From a virus (lineage: Duplodnaviria > Caudoviricetes): a DNA stretch of 52,590 nt. The stretch spans positions 1 to 52,590 of the IMG/VR virus record IMGVR_UViG_3300004457_000145. One strand, 5' to 3'. The position numbers and the translations under genes are program-made. This document shows, in pieces, positions 11,901-21,400 of this stretch. The notes below the pieces were generated by a model. It saw nothing but the letters and a program-made list of their open reading frames with translations. It had not been told where the DNA came from and ran no database searches. Positions within the stretch are counted from its first letter, which is position 1; each line of letters starts with the position of its first letter.

Positions 11901-12909
11901 TGGACCTGCAACTATCCTTATTACTGAGTCCGAAGTCAGAATGTCTTCCGCTCAGTTGGTTGAACTTAAGTCACAAGTTATCAGTGAGCAGGAGATCAAA
12001 CAGTCTGATGATCGCTACATCGAGATTGAGAACGAGTTCCAGATTATTACACCTGTCGTCACTCCAGTTATCGAAGTCGGAATCAGGAGTATTGCTACTC
12101 CTGCTCAAGAAACCGTCGCTATCTCTCCAGAGACCGTCATCGTTGTTACTAACACAGTAACACATGATACTGAAGTTAGAATGTTGGATGATCGTTTCAT
12201 CCAGTCTACCAGAAATCTTGATCTTGACCTATACTTTGATTATGACATTACTAAGCAGATTACAATCATTCCTCCAACAACTGTCGTAAGTGCAGAGCAA
12301 ATTGCTGGAAGTGTTAGTAAGATTACGCAAATTAATGCTAGTGTAGAATCCATCAGTAGTGACATTGTTACTATTGCCTCTACGACTACGATCTCGGAGA
12401 TTGACGTTCAGATCAATATCGAACTGGGTCTCCAGACTCAGACTGAGATTACTAAGTTTGAAGGATTCAGAACAGTATCCGCAATCTCTAGTGTATCTGG
12501 AAACGTCACCACAGAACTCTACGCTGCGGCACAACCTGCTAAAGCATCTATGAATGCTCTGTTGACTAATACAATCTCCAGAGTAATTGTAACTCCAGAT
12601 AGTGTCTCTGCTCTAGTTGACTTCCCGAGGGGTGCTGATGGTGGTATTCTTGGTGGTCAGTCTGAAGATGGACCTAAGCAGATTCAACAGCAACTGGATC
12701 TTTCTATCGTCGCTACTCTCACGACGATTGAATCTATAGCAATTACTGCTGGACCATCTATCACATCTACATATACTGTGAGAGCACATCTCCCACAGCA
12801 TGAAGGACGTGAAAAACCCGCTGACGTTATGCTACAAAGAGAGATGGGTGTCCTTGATTACTACACTGAACTTGTCGTTCTGGAAACATCAATTAGAACT
12901 AGAAACTAA
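2923..12909 (+). CDS. gp7: Giant baseplate wedge initiator, gp7-like (3328 aa) with many inserted domains
   Basis: Lies between gp6 and gp8. N-terminal IESQLPEFI and LIKNITSFYRAKGT; DSYYYQDFSYVI...WRDLIKQTTHPAGF gp7 motif; repeated G.GY..PP beta modules. Confidence 0.82.
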   Translation: MAETRRISTLIESQLPEFISSDYENFSKIVEKYYEQLELRGQPLDVIQNITKYRDIDFYEKSLLAQGTELAVAVSASDTTIELIDASSFPVENGYIKINDEILFYKERNGNTLSDVSRGVSGNTKLGDLYEASNFVTTLAVGHNSGVAVQNISNLFLYAIVKNFESDYLASFPEKYLNEKVDKRTLIKNITSFYRAKGTDRSIKFIFNTLVGNDTPEVVRPKDFTVKASTSDWITSYSLKVKVLSGNVTDLIGEEIVQGVDSFNPNAGFASAIVDNVFGAGTVDGEQLYEIALDTSSINNTFKIASKTELTADFDNGLTVGDRINVFSTEGFSSTGRFVIRGEEFEYSDKSVTQFLVSDRESNIVYATGESVYSFSTVTSGNVKLLVLGVLYNLSTDAPVPYSEEGDRIQVSGAGFETRDPIIMTPQNTIRWILSQENAEAANPTIQSQIGDLPGDVAAVYEDSNYYYICSSSFPTRPILLANTQQTLQDQKTMRLIRKNPQVITESYKTTQRDVGILVDGTLAFSYRDFDQVKFGPITKFSISQKGAGFQDPPNVLINNVPGRARSFLAGEVVDSIELLDQTVYTVPPTVTITSGRNGKASATVTFGRITSIQVIDAGEYYTTPPTVRIIDRLGKGRFAEYNAVLENGKIVDFEQVDEGKFYSKGNVLVDILPVGDGAAVTSDIVTYTKDRYKKLQSELDSSNGYAFQNYNPTKGYGYGIVANPSNLRTDLNDDGTSHSPILGFAYDGNPIYGPYGYENPLDASSAVSRLSSSYYLKSNRLGGPNPSEFPLGTFIEDYEWRPSTQTGKLELDENNGRFCATPEYPAGVYAYFITIDINGNPAFPYILGSNYYSLPVDSNYNADLSQDDLPKYAKRLKTPGMPSNGGNTILKINKTTSGSISTLNVEDSPASFKVGNRFIVNDTGTEGSGAAAIVAEVTGKTITSLKSNDLDPTNTLAVSYIETITPCYLFEGDIVTQEDSNYTGRVVGDISNRNEFVLENVSGTYQSDKNLNSSSNIISIILSGNGSFSAEATLLLTDGDDDIIARGRILESVSNQNSIRVEVTEGEFVVPESATRNYFLQSTVLGDTVGLEVVIYNELSKNIEAFVVDNNYALVSTSEPHNVGVGSAVNMDLIPSEADTTTTYYVRKRFYQQITLRSPSFTTVMTDSGVGKSEVLNGGIAYQAGTYEDVELIFFDQSKVRTDIGSVGDPDNARATIVVSDYNNTGYGSVSIVTITTKGQNYIKGDILSVADASLNRLDSTNSTQRLALEVDHVGFSLTNTVLQLRTIQKLSENDYLQINSEIVKVISIDNNARTATVQRGQFDTVVTNHFDNTTVRLYNGIYRFQEDSRPLGDGVNDPYIIDYDATTQKVTLAYNYGAPSPREVTNSSIFQDDSSPRKSINISSSAPGQNNLEFSKDVNFATYGRNTDIRIQKYYRYLFDTSHVSMNGVFLDFSASRTGTIFTEEKEVSGIQPGNAGSFVAITLGFGPKIAGLDQQRFPVNFDTYYYFIKASSDVNTDNASLKVIDDPLTGPKTVKFTTSTKFAYQLPDVPDYQGTGTITYTTSSPFAEGKINKTTINNLGAGYKRSPIIEGCLVTDNNEPLLTVEWDSITQSIKGIQINNGGKNYINPKAVVTNGDGVGAHFNVVSDQGRITRIDVLAGGSGFTFAPIVSVYEGAIDAFFESESIGLPQDISIISNGGSFHNDATIESTYRSNYAIIYKGDAKFFKGERVEQRVGSSLIFSGYVSDKGWRTGSNILRLSKVSGVVDTTLNLYSAMDPSRSIEVSDVLFTEFDSDIRTYFDNLGRYASDKGKVGSRYQKVTDSYYYQDFSYVIQSRTAIDVWRDLIKQTTHPAGFQLFGEVLIDSEQEATMPTDQTPTTSISYIELAPKTVTVERKSTRITNSFVTVADTNLIRGQGSISIDEYDTEGIISRELTILEPFTGRYASKEDYVGSIRSITKAADNTFVSTSFGGGVTVPSGAYAHWIKFKLVSNSNNQPAVGPFVGAGSSTQSWDTSDNYTLLPNDEYVTTGSGIFDLTKIIRMDIGYLFSFGEFTSNPSSDDYEFGGLVQSTESDFSNIAYEFEVGDEITLYENAASYITVEILEVKSPAYDVVEGVIGNGNILGRKTFTLVDKANYLAYSPYNEQELFLTINGIAQEPGKSFKVSGSQITFSEPPLGPLFPQTGENLDDTYETEPASLICKAFKFKEDTFNSRYLRKLKDISPNFDGIANQFDLYWEDGTVVKADPGEKFLIFVNGILQEAKESEEAPLGNAYYILRRNGSQADAIVFAEPPRNFADDIDPVPVQLDQRETFFGYGVGSYDRFKIDDRLIPYRGTGPYLIFGEVDGRVKNITDGRFVLVFVDGVLQNPDSYTINGPNITFTSNLTRYIPETGEAVQNNVRLISLYGRDVPKTLSFYDYDRVGLTNEIIVRCQRVIDTSAGNEEYNDFQSRLYSFDPSTPKNLFTITSDGTRKLLGKISLIRFDLLADGTANGSSKIGVTPVDFTFTVLNAANIDFTELSYDPTQNVADDTRVSALYVSNKSDFSDAISFNKINNVFSIDISYPVDDEGKRLLARDLPAWLRGSENGNSVYDLRNNTELEIIAGDEILVDGENEFRTIEYVPGKANLRNFGLGQTAKYEHYSKVDVSNYNGIVRGEGLSVTSQIDGTGRVVSLGFNDLEWNKRDLALFFNTGILLQPTAYQYFVPPQLKFVPVDGNGGGARAEVLTKDGQVLDVVLTNSGFGYTQPPKVVVTRGYVVKRNARRVINSQTIISVNSEVAGGGALSVVQTEVLLFGEGAVSSVLSIIALGGLAGDQVDSDSVFVTGLHTTAREAGTELRKAEFCQYTKREASSAVDQVASELNINELTITVTLDSPTAVITDISPEMGVDVITSTLHKQINAPIVYAAQDTYSVTGAFLDAPLSPTGTTAYIGNTSLFPSQGKLQIGKEIVAYNSTLGDRFLDLTRGIEGSTAQAHNAGQYLRTLPEFVTVLPVGPATILITESEVRMSSAQLVELKSQVISEQEIKQSDDRYIEIENEFQIITPVVTPVIEVGIRSIATPAQETVAISPETVIVVTNTVTHDTEVRMLDDRFIQSTRNLDLDLYFDYDITKQITIIPPTTVVSAEQIAGSVSKITQINASVESISSDIVTIASTTTISEIDVQINIELGLQTQTEITKFEGFRTVSAISSVSGNVTTELYAAAQPAKASMNALLTNTISRVIVTPDSVSALVDFPRGADGGILGGQSEDGPKQIQQQLDLSIVATLTTIESIAITAGPSITSTYTVRAHLPQHEGREKPADVMLQREMGVLDYYTELVVLETSIRTRN

Positions 12910-13439
12910 TGGCAGAATTACAACTAGCAGCAGGATTTAGAACTGTCCTAAAGAGAGATGGCAACACCGTTGATGTCACTAACTTTGGGCAGAGAATCCC
13001 TGATGGATTTTCATCATTTACTAGTGGTGCTGTTACATACACACTACGAGATTTTGAGTTTATTAAATTTGAAGGTGACCATGTTATTGAAGACATCCAA
13101 AGAGCATTTCCGCAACTTGCTATTAGAGATTTTGAATTGAGACCACAGTCTACCTTCACTCTATCAGGTGATAAGTTCAATGCTGGTCCTTCGGGAATGT
13201 TTATGGGTGTCACCGCAGCAGTTGGAAACCAAACTATATCAGTAGATGCGGAAAATCCTTCTATTATTAATGCAGTTACTACATCAAATTTTGAGAACAG
13301 TGGTCATATCTTTACTGCCGCGAGGCAATTGATTGAATATACGGAGAAAACTGCTACCACATTTACGGGATACGTAAAAAATGGTCCGACTACTCTAAAT
13401 AATAACGATGACATGATTCAATTTTCTGGTCCCGAATGA
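12909..13439 (+). CDS. Hypothetical, probable structural protein
   Basis: 176-aa ORF translationally coupled (TAATG) to gp7. Confidence 0.75.
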   Translation: MAELQLAAGFRTVLKRDGNTVDVTNFGQRIPDGFSSFTSGAVTYTLRDFEFIKFEGDHVIEDIQRAFPQLAIRDFELRPQSTFTLSGDKFNAGPSGMFMGVTAAVGNQTISVDAENPSIINAVTTSNFENSGHIFTAARQLIEYTEKTATTFTGYVKNGPTTLNNNDDMIQFSGPE

Positions 13440-13456
13440 TCTGAAAATGAATAGCA

Positions 13457-13464
13457 TATAAATA
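13457..13464 (+). promoter_or_regulatory. T4 late promoter TATAAATA
   Basis: Perfect consensus in the intergenic gap about 35 nt before gp8. Confidence 0.85.
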
Positions 13465-13498
13465 AATCAGATATTAAAACGTCCCAGAGAAAACAACA

Positions 13499-15382
13499 AT
13501 GGCTGCAATCATCTCAGATAAGTTTAGAATCTTTAATGCTAAACAGTTTTTGGAGTCTCTTAGTGAGCCCAGTGGTGGTCCAGAAGATAGTCCTGAAAAG
13601 ACAAGAATGTATTTCTTTGTTGGTCGCCCCCAACGCTGGGATGCTTTCCTTGAAATCTATTCTCAGAACGCTGTCGCTTTCGCAGAAAATCAGTTTGTCT
13701 ATGTTGCATCTGATACTAACGGAAGTTACACTTTTGCAAACTCCCCTTTTAAAGCTTCAATCGAGGAGGTATATGACAATTCACTGATCCTAAGTGATGT
13801 CACTCCTTCCGTAAACGCAACTCCACTGCCTAATGCAGTTCTTGAAGGTTGGAACGGATCAGCAGATACTGGCGCTGAAGCACGCGCAGGTGTCTACCGT
13901 TACGCAACAGAAGACACCCCTCCTACTCCTCTGGACAACCAGATCGAGAAGTTCAGCGTCTATGACGAAATTATCGCTGCTAAGCGTATTACGGATCAGT
14001 TCGCTCGTGCTGTTATCACTCGTTACGATTGGAACCTGCTCGCTACTGAGCCTCGTTTCGATATGTATAAGCCTGACTACTCTGCAACAACCACTGGTCA
14101 AGTAGGTAAGCAATCCACCACTGGTGCTGCTAGTCTTGGTGCTTCTAAGTTCTATGTAATCAACTCGAACTACGAAGTCTTCAAGTGTATCTACAATGGT
14201 CAGTTCCCAGGTCAGGTAGATCCTAACCCTGTCTACGAACCCAAGACTACTCCTTCTGCAGGTCAAGGAACCTATGATGCAGGAAGCGGTCTCTTCACTG
14301 AGAGTGCTGATGCAGTAGTTGCTAATACTGCTGGTTCGGGATACATTTGGAAGTATATGTATACTATCCCTACCGATGACGTTCTGCGTTTCTTGTCTAC
14401 CAACTTCATGCCAATCAATTTGACTGGCGAAGCAACTCGTGCTGCTACAGAAGCAGCTGCTGTTGATGGTGCTATTGACGTTGTTCTAGTTGAGGATATT
14501 GGATCGGGTCTTCCTAATGGAACCCACTATGCACCTGTCCTTGGCGATGGTCAAGTATCTGGAACTCAATCTGTTGTGAAGATTGTCGTTTCCTCTGGTT
14601 CGATCGAATCTACCGAAGTCGTTGTTAAAGGAGCAGGTTACACCTACGCTAGTATTGCACTGGATGACGGCGCAACTGTTGGTGGTATCAAGTATGGTCT
14701 GTATGCAGAGCAAGCACTGACAACCGCTCGCACTGGTGTTGGTGGAACAGGTGCTCTAGAAGTTGTTCTTCCTCCTCAAGGTGGTCACGGTGCTGACTTT
14801 GAACTGGAACTGAACGCTAAGCGTGTCATGACCAACATTCGTCTGACCTATGCTGAAGGTTCTGGAGACTTCCCTGTTGATAACGACTTCCGTCGTATTG
14901 GCATCATCAAGGACCCATTCAACTGGAGCACTACTGACTTTGCAGTTCTAGATACCTTGAACGGTCTCTATGCTGCTAAGATTACTGGTGCATCTGCAGA
15001 CTACGTTTCTGACGAAACAATCACCCAGGCACTTGCTGGTGGTGGAACTGCTAAAGGCACCGTTGTTTCCTGGACTCTTGATTCTGGTTCAACCACGGAT
15101 GGCGTTCTTAAGTATATCCAATCACCTGATCTCCATGCTGATCAAGGTGTTGTAAGAGCATTCGATGACAGTGCTAACATTGTTGGTAGTGCTTCACTCG
15201 CTTCTGGTGCTGTTGCCACTGGCGTTACTGGAACTACGCTTCTCGGTGTTAGTTTCACGAACGGTTTCGGAACTCCTGAGATCGAACAGAATTCTGGAGA
15301 CATCATTTATGTCGAGAACAGAAGACTGATCACTCGTGCTGCTGACCAAATTGAAGACATTAAGTTGGTAATTGAGTTCTGA
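13499..15382 (+). CDS. gp8: Baseplate wedge subunit gp8
   Basis: MAAIISDKFRIFNA start; FYVINSNYEVFKCIYN; GYIWKYMYTI; C-terminal SGDIIYVENR...RAADQIEDIKLVIEF. Confidence 0.92.
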   Translation: MAAIISDKFRIFNAKQFLESLSEPSGGPEDSPEKTRMYFFVGRPQRWDAFLEIYSQNAVAFAENQFVYVASDTNGSYTFANSPFKASIEEVYDNSLILSDVTPSVNATPLPNAVLEGWNGSADTGAEARAGVYRYATEDTPPTPLDNQIEKFSVYDEIIAAKRITDQFARAVITRYDWNLLATEPRFDMYKPDYSATTTGQVGKQSTTGAASLGASKFYVINSNYEVFKCIYNGQFPGQVDPNPVYEPKTTPSAGQGTYDAGSGLFTESADAVVANTAGSGYIWKYMYTIPTDDVLRFLSTNFMPINLTGEATRAATEAAAVDGAIDVVLVEDIGSGLPNGTHYAPVLGDGQVSGTQSVVKIVVSSGSIESTEVVVKGAGYTYASIALDDGATVGGIKYGLYAEQALTTARTGVGGTGALEVVLPPQGGHGADFELELNAKRVMTNIRLTYAEGSGDFPVDNDFRRIGIIKDPFNWSTTDFAVLDTLNGLYAAKITGASADYVSDETITQALAGGGTAKGTVVSWTLDSGSTTDGVLKYIQSPDLHADQGVVRAFDDSANIVGSASLASGAVATGVTGTTLLGVSFTNGFGTPEIEQNSGDIIYVENRRLITRAADQIEDIKLVIEF

Positions 15383-15386
15383 TCCA

Positions 15387-15414
15387 TTCCTAACCTCCTA
15401 AATAAGGTTAGGAA
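15387..15414 (+). promoter_or_regulatory. 10-bp perfect hairpin with late promoter CTAAATA in the loop
   Basis: TTCCTAACCT-cctaaata-AGGTTAGGAA between gp8 and the next gene. No long T-tract follows. Confidence 0.75.
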
Positions 15415-15437
15415 AATCAGAACGTTAGTAATACACA

Positions 15438-18400
15438 ATGCCCCAGAATACTAACTTAAACGCATCGCCTTACTTTGAAGACTTTGACCCACAGAAAAAT
15501 TTCTATAAGGTTCTATTCAGACCAGGGTATGCAGTTCAGGCTAGAGAGTTAACCACTCTCCAGTCTGTTCTGCAGACTCAACTAGAAAATTTCGGTAGGA
15601 ACGTCTTCAAGCAAGGCGATCTTGTTGTGCCTGGAGAAGTAGGTCTCAACACAAGACTTAATTTTGTTAAGTTGTCATCGGTATCTGAAGTAGCAATTTC
15701 TGATGACGATGGTAACATTACGTATCAAAAATATGATATCAAGACCCTTGTCGGTCTGAAGGTTGAAGGTATTTCTTCAAGTGTTGTTGCTACTGTTGTA
15801 GCGACAGAATACGGTTCGGATACAGAATCTGACACTATCTACGTTAACTATTTGGATAGTGGTTCATCTGGCGATGAAGAGAGATTCCGTCAAGGAGAAA
15901 CATTGGAGGTTGTTGGGGGCGTCAACTCTCCTCTGTTGGTCGTCGGCACCGATGGCGTCTCTTTGCCTACATCTGTTACTGTAACCAATCCTGATACAGG
16001 CGTAGAGTCTTTTCTAGACAGTCCTGCGATGGGTTATTCTTCTGCCGTTAAGGTAGAGGAAGGCATCTATTTTGTTAATGGATACTTTGTGAGAAATTCT
16101 GAGCAGCTGCTCATTATTAACAAATACTATGATCAACCTTCTGCTAAGGTTGGTTTCAAAATTTCTGAAAGTCTGGTAACACCAGAGCAAGATTCATCTC
16201 TATATGATAATGCAAGAGGTTTCTCGAACTTCTCTGCACCTGGAGCACATCGTCTCAAGATTGATCTTCAACTGGTTAAGTATGACTACTTTGCTCTAAC
16301 TGATAGAAACTTCATCCAACTAATACTCGTTAAGAGTGGTGTCATTCAGAAGCAACTCAAAGCGAATGACTTCTCTTTGGTTGAAGCAGCACTCGCTAGA
16401 AAGACTTTTGATGAGTCTGGCGATTATGTTGTAGAACCATTCCCTCTGCAAGTTAGAGAATACTACCAGCAAAATGATAACCTTGGTTTCTATACTAAGG
16501 ATGACAACAATCTTGTCAATGGTCTAAACCCCAACGTTGCCGAAGCAAAGCTAGTAGGAACCATTGGTAGTGGTAAAGCATACATTAAAGGTTACGAGGT
16601 CAAGAACAAAGAGACCAAGTATATTGAAATTGATAAGGCAAGAGATTCTCTTAAGAGAGAAAATCAAACTCTCAAGACATCTGGTCTGACTTCATTCTTC
16701 ATCACCAACGTATATGGCACTACACCTCTAAACTCAGAAGGTGCAGAACTGAATGCATATCCAACTGTATTCTTGAACTCTGTATACAATGATGGCAGCG
16801 TAGGTCTGAACGACACTGAAGCAGATTCTGATGTCAAGCAGACTATCGATCGCCGTGGTCAAGGATATGAAGTAACTGATGGTATCAAGACTATCTACTG
16901 TTCTATTGAGGATACTGCTTTTAATGCAGATAGTTTTACTGATGCTCTGTTAGAGTCTACTATTTCTAAATTGTGGTTTATCAAGACTCGTTCTGATTCT
17001 GGTAACACTAATACGTATTCATATGTTGATGTTCTTTCTTTCTCTAAAGTAAGAAGACCTGAAATTGATGGAACGGGTGCAGCAACATATCTCGAACTGA
17101 CTGTTAAAGGTAATCGTGGTGAACTAGATGTATTCTTACTTGATTACGACCTAACAGATTCTATCAATCTTGTTCGCGAACTCTACAAAACTGAAGTTGA
17201 GGTTCAGACAAGAAACTCTCCTTTGTTTGTAATTAGAGATTACAACGAATCTATCACTCCTATTGTAGGACTGGCAAAACCAAAGAACATTGCACTTAAG
17301 GAAGTAAGTCCTGGTTTCAATAAAGATACTGATAAGATTGTATCTAAAGGAAAACTGACTGGTGGTGTTGAAAAGTATAACTCCATCTTTGACTTCTCAT
17401 TTTTTGCTCCTGAGTTCTTCACTCGTATTCTTCTAGAAGAAACTATTACAGGAACTGAGTTCACTCCTGGTAAGTATGTTTATGGTGCTGTTAGTGGAGC
17501 AATTGCTGTCATTGAAGGTGGAACATCTGCAACATATTCGTCCATCAACAAACTATTTGTCACTATGGTGACTGGTGTATTTTCACCTGGAGAGACTATC
17601 CTAGGAGAAGATGGTGGAACACTTAAGATTGCGGTAGAGAATACCGTTTCCCACTTCATCTGTGTCAAGCGTGGTGACTCCTACAACGTAGGAAACCCTG
17701 TCATCTCTCTAGATGGTGTAGAGTATCCTAGAAGTGCCATTGAGATGGTAATTCAAGGGTCTGGTGCTATCTCTAGAGTATTTGTCAAAGATAGAACAGC
17801 AGTTACTCAAGTCTTCTCACAACCACCTGTAGTAGAGGTTGGTGGTGTTAGTCCACTTCCACTGAACGAAGCAACTATTGTTCCTGTTCTGTTTAGGAAT
17901 ACAGTATATACTTACTCGCCTAAGAACGTCAAGTCTCTATATTCTGCTTTTGGTTCTGGTAGCAAGAACAAGTTCTCTGCTGATGTCGAACTAGAAAGAA
18001 CTGGTTATACTACAACTACTGCTATTACTGATTTTACATTCTCTGGAACCAGAGGATACAAGTATATTGAGTGTAATGGTTTTAACGGTGATGCATCAAG
18101 AAATCTTATTCAAGGCGATACTGTTCTGTTCTCCGATGTCAATGGAGACGTATTCAAGTATGTTGTCCAGTATGCAACCAGACCTGATGGTGTCAAGAGA
18201 TCAAGAATTTACTTGGATCGCACCCTACAAGCAGATGTTGTTAACGCATCTGTTGTAAACCAGAGACCTCTTGTCGAGAATCCAGTAGGAACTCTAGTCT
18301 TCCCAACAGGAGATAAGCAGATCAAGTCACTGATTGATTCATCTGAAGATTCCAAGATTACTTACTACTTCAGAAGAGATTTTATTACTACTGCATCTTC

Positions 18401-21400
18401 TGGTAGCGGTAACCTAACATTTGCTGCACAACTTCCATTCGGAACACAGAGATTTGCTAATTTTACTCAAGAGAACTTCTTGATTACAGTTCTAGATCCT
18501 GGTGTTGCAATTCACAATTCCGAACTAGGAGCAGATCCTGTTAATGATCCTCCTGTTCTACTTCCATTCACAGGAACACTGAAGAAAGGTGATGTTGTAT
18601 ATGTCGATCCTTCATTCGTAAGCATCGAGCAATCTGACAGTAACTTGACTGCTGGTAGTGTTACTATTAACTTCCCAGAAAACTATTTTGGTAACATCGA
18701 CCAAATTAGAGCAGCACTAGAAAACAGAGTTGCTAATCCTGAAGTAGGAGATCCTACATTTGATGTTCCTGCTATCAACTTCCCAACATTGAAGTTGACT
18801 GCTACACTGCAGGTATCCAAAGCAAAACCAAGACTTAAGACTTCTGTCGAGAATAAGCAAATCATTGTTCAGTCTGGTGGAACAACTATCGTTCCATTTA
18901 GAGGACAAGAGAATGGCGGCGAGACTATCCAGATTGTCTCTTATTCTGACGTATACAAACTGAAGTATGTATATGAAGGTTCTGTCTCTGCACCTCCTAC
19001 TGTTGATGCAGGTGGTAACCTAGTATCTGGAACAGACGTAACTGATAGGTATACCTTCGACAATGGTCAAAGAGATACCTTCTATGACACTGCAAGACTA
19101 GTTCTAAAACCAGGAGTATCTGCTCCTACAGGACAGTTGATCATTTCTTTCGATTACTTCGAGCATTCACAAGGTGACTTCTGCACGATTGACTCTTATC
19201 TGCATGAAGCAGGTGTTACTGAAACTGAGATTCCATCATTCAACTCCTCAGTCAGCGGTCTAGTCTCCTTGAAGGATGTCATTGACTTCCGACCTAAGGT
19301 TGACAACACAAACATCCTTCCAGGGTATCAGGACGGATCCTTCCTGGCACAGAATGAGTATCTGTCATTCACTGCAACCTCTGGTATTCCATCCAGCACA
19401 CCATCCGATGATCTGAACCTACCTTGGACTGTCAAGTATAATAAGGATCAGTATCTTGATAGAATTGATGGTGTATTCCTCAACACTCAAGGTAGTTTTA
19501 TTGTCAAGAAAGGCAACTCTTCCTTGAACCCGTCTAAACCTGAAACGCTCAGTGATTCTATTCCTCTATACTATCTGTATGTTCCTGCATACACTGACAG
19601 TTTTAGAGATGTAAGAATTGTTCCTGTTGAGAACAAGCGTTACACGATGAAGGATATCGGTAAACTCAATCAACGTGTCGAACGTCTTGAGTATTACACG
19701 TCCTTGAGCATCCTTGAGCAGCAAGCATTGAATATGCAAGTTAAGGATGAGATTGGTCTAGACAGATTTAAGACTGGTTTCTATGTTGACAACTTTGAAA
19801 CACATAAGGGAGATGTCAAGTCAGATGACTATGCTTGTGCTATTGACTCTCAACAGTCTGTTCTAAGACCACAGGTTAGCGAAGAAAGTCTTCTTGTTAA
19901 GGAAGTCAATACTAGAGAAGACCAGAGAAGAGTTGCTGGTTATGTCAATAATAATGGTGTTCTTTCTCTACCATTCTCGAACCAGAGACTACTTGGAAAC
20001 AATTTTGCCACCAAGACTATCAATCCCAACCCATTTGTTGTTCTACAGTATGTTGGTGATCTATCCGTTAATCCTAGCGTTGACTCCTGGTATGATAGAA
20101 ACACTGTTCCTCTTGTAACAGATAACAACACCAATCTGTTTGTTCCTTTCCTTGCTAAGTCTGATATCTCTTCTGCATTCAGCAGTCTGTATAACTCATT
20201 CCTAGTAACATGGAATGGAACTGAGAGATCTTTCTATAATATTAACGGTCTATCTAAGACTAATGATGAGATTGTTGCAGAAGAAGTAACTGCTGCATCT
20301 GTTGCAAGTTCTTCTAACATCAGTCCACAGAACAACGAAACTCCTAAGGGCGTATCTACTAAGACGAGTGGTGGTAAGTCTATTGTCAACTCTCTGCAAT
20401 ACTTTGCTCGCAGTATTCCTGTTAAGTTTACTATCCGTAGACTGAAACCCAAAACTGAAGTATTCGTATTTCTAGAAGGTAAGAAGATCAACCGTTGGGT
20501 TGTTCCCGATATCAGATTTACTGGAATCGCTGGTAACTCTCTGTCTACATTCAATGCTCCTATCATCACTGATGCAAATGGTAATGCAAGTGGCATCGTT
20601 CTGATTCCTGCTGGTAAAGCACCACGTCAAGCATCACAGTGGACAGGTGATACGGAGACTGTATCTTATGATTCAAGTTCTGAAGAAATTAGAATCACCA
20701 CTGGCGAGAAGACTCTTAGATTCACATCTAGCAGCACCAATGTAGATAAAGAAACTGTAGAGAGTTTTGCAGAAACTAAGTTCTACGCAACTGGACTTCT
20801 ACCAGAGAACCCTGTTTCTATTGTATCCACAAAACCTGCCTACTTCAAATCAAATGAAGGAACCCAGTTGGTCTCTAGCAATACTGAGCAAGAGCAGAAA
20901 CCAAACCCACTCGCTCAGACCTTTAAGGTTGAGAATTACGAGGGTGGTGTATTTGCAACTGGTGTAGATATGTTCATTAACACTAAGAGTGATACTATTC
21001 CTCTTCGTGTATACCTGACTGATGTCAACTCCGAGAAGCCAGGCAAGAATGTTGTTCCTGGAACTGAGGTTGTTGTTGAACCTTACACTTACCTGAAAGT
21101 ATATGTTTCAGATACTGTTGTTATTCTCAAGGACGAAACAATTTCTGGAGAATCTAGTAATGCATCTGGTCCTGTATTGAAGGTTCTTGATAAGAACAAC
21201 AACGAACTTGCTATTTCAGAAGACAATGAAATTGTCCTGACCAATGAGCAGGTTTACACTATTGTTCTTGATAACAATAATGGCATCTCATTTGTTCCTG
21301 ACGAGCGTCTGAAGATCTCTTCTATCACCACATTCAACAACGCAAACAACACTGAGATTACTGCAAGAATTGCTAAAGACTCAGGTGTTGTCTCTGCACT

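Noticed and set aside
13395-13401. CTAAATA inside the 176-aa gene
   Set aside because: Intragenic, and a perfect TATAAATA lies about 60 nt downstream; may be chance.
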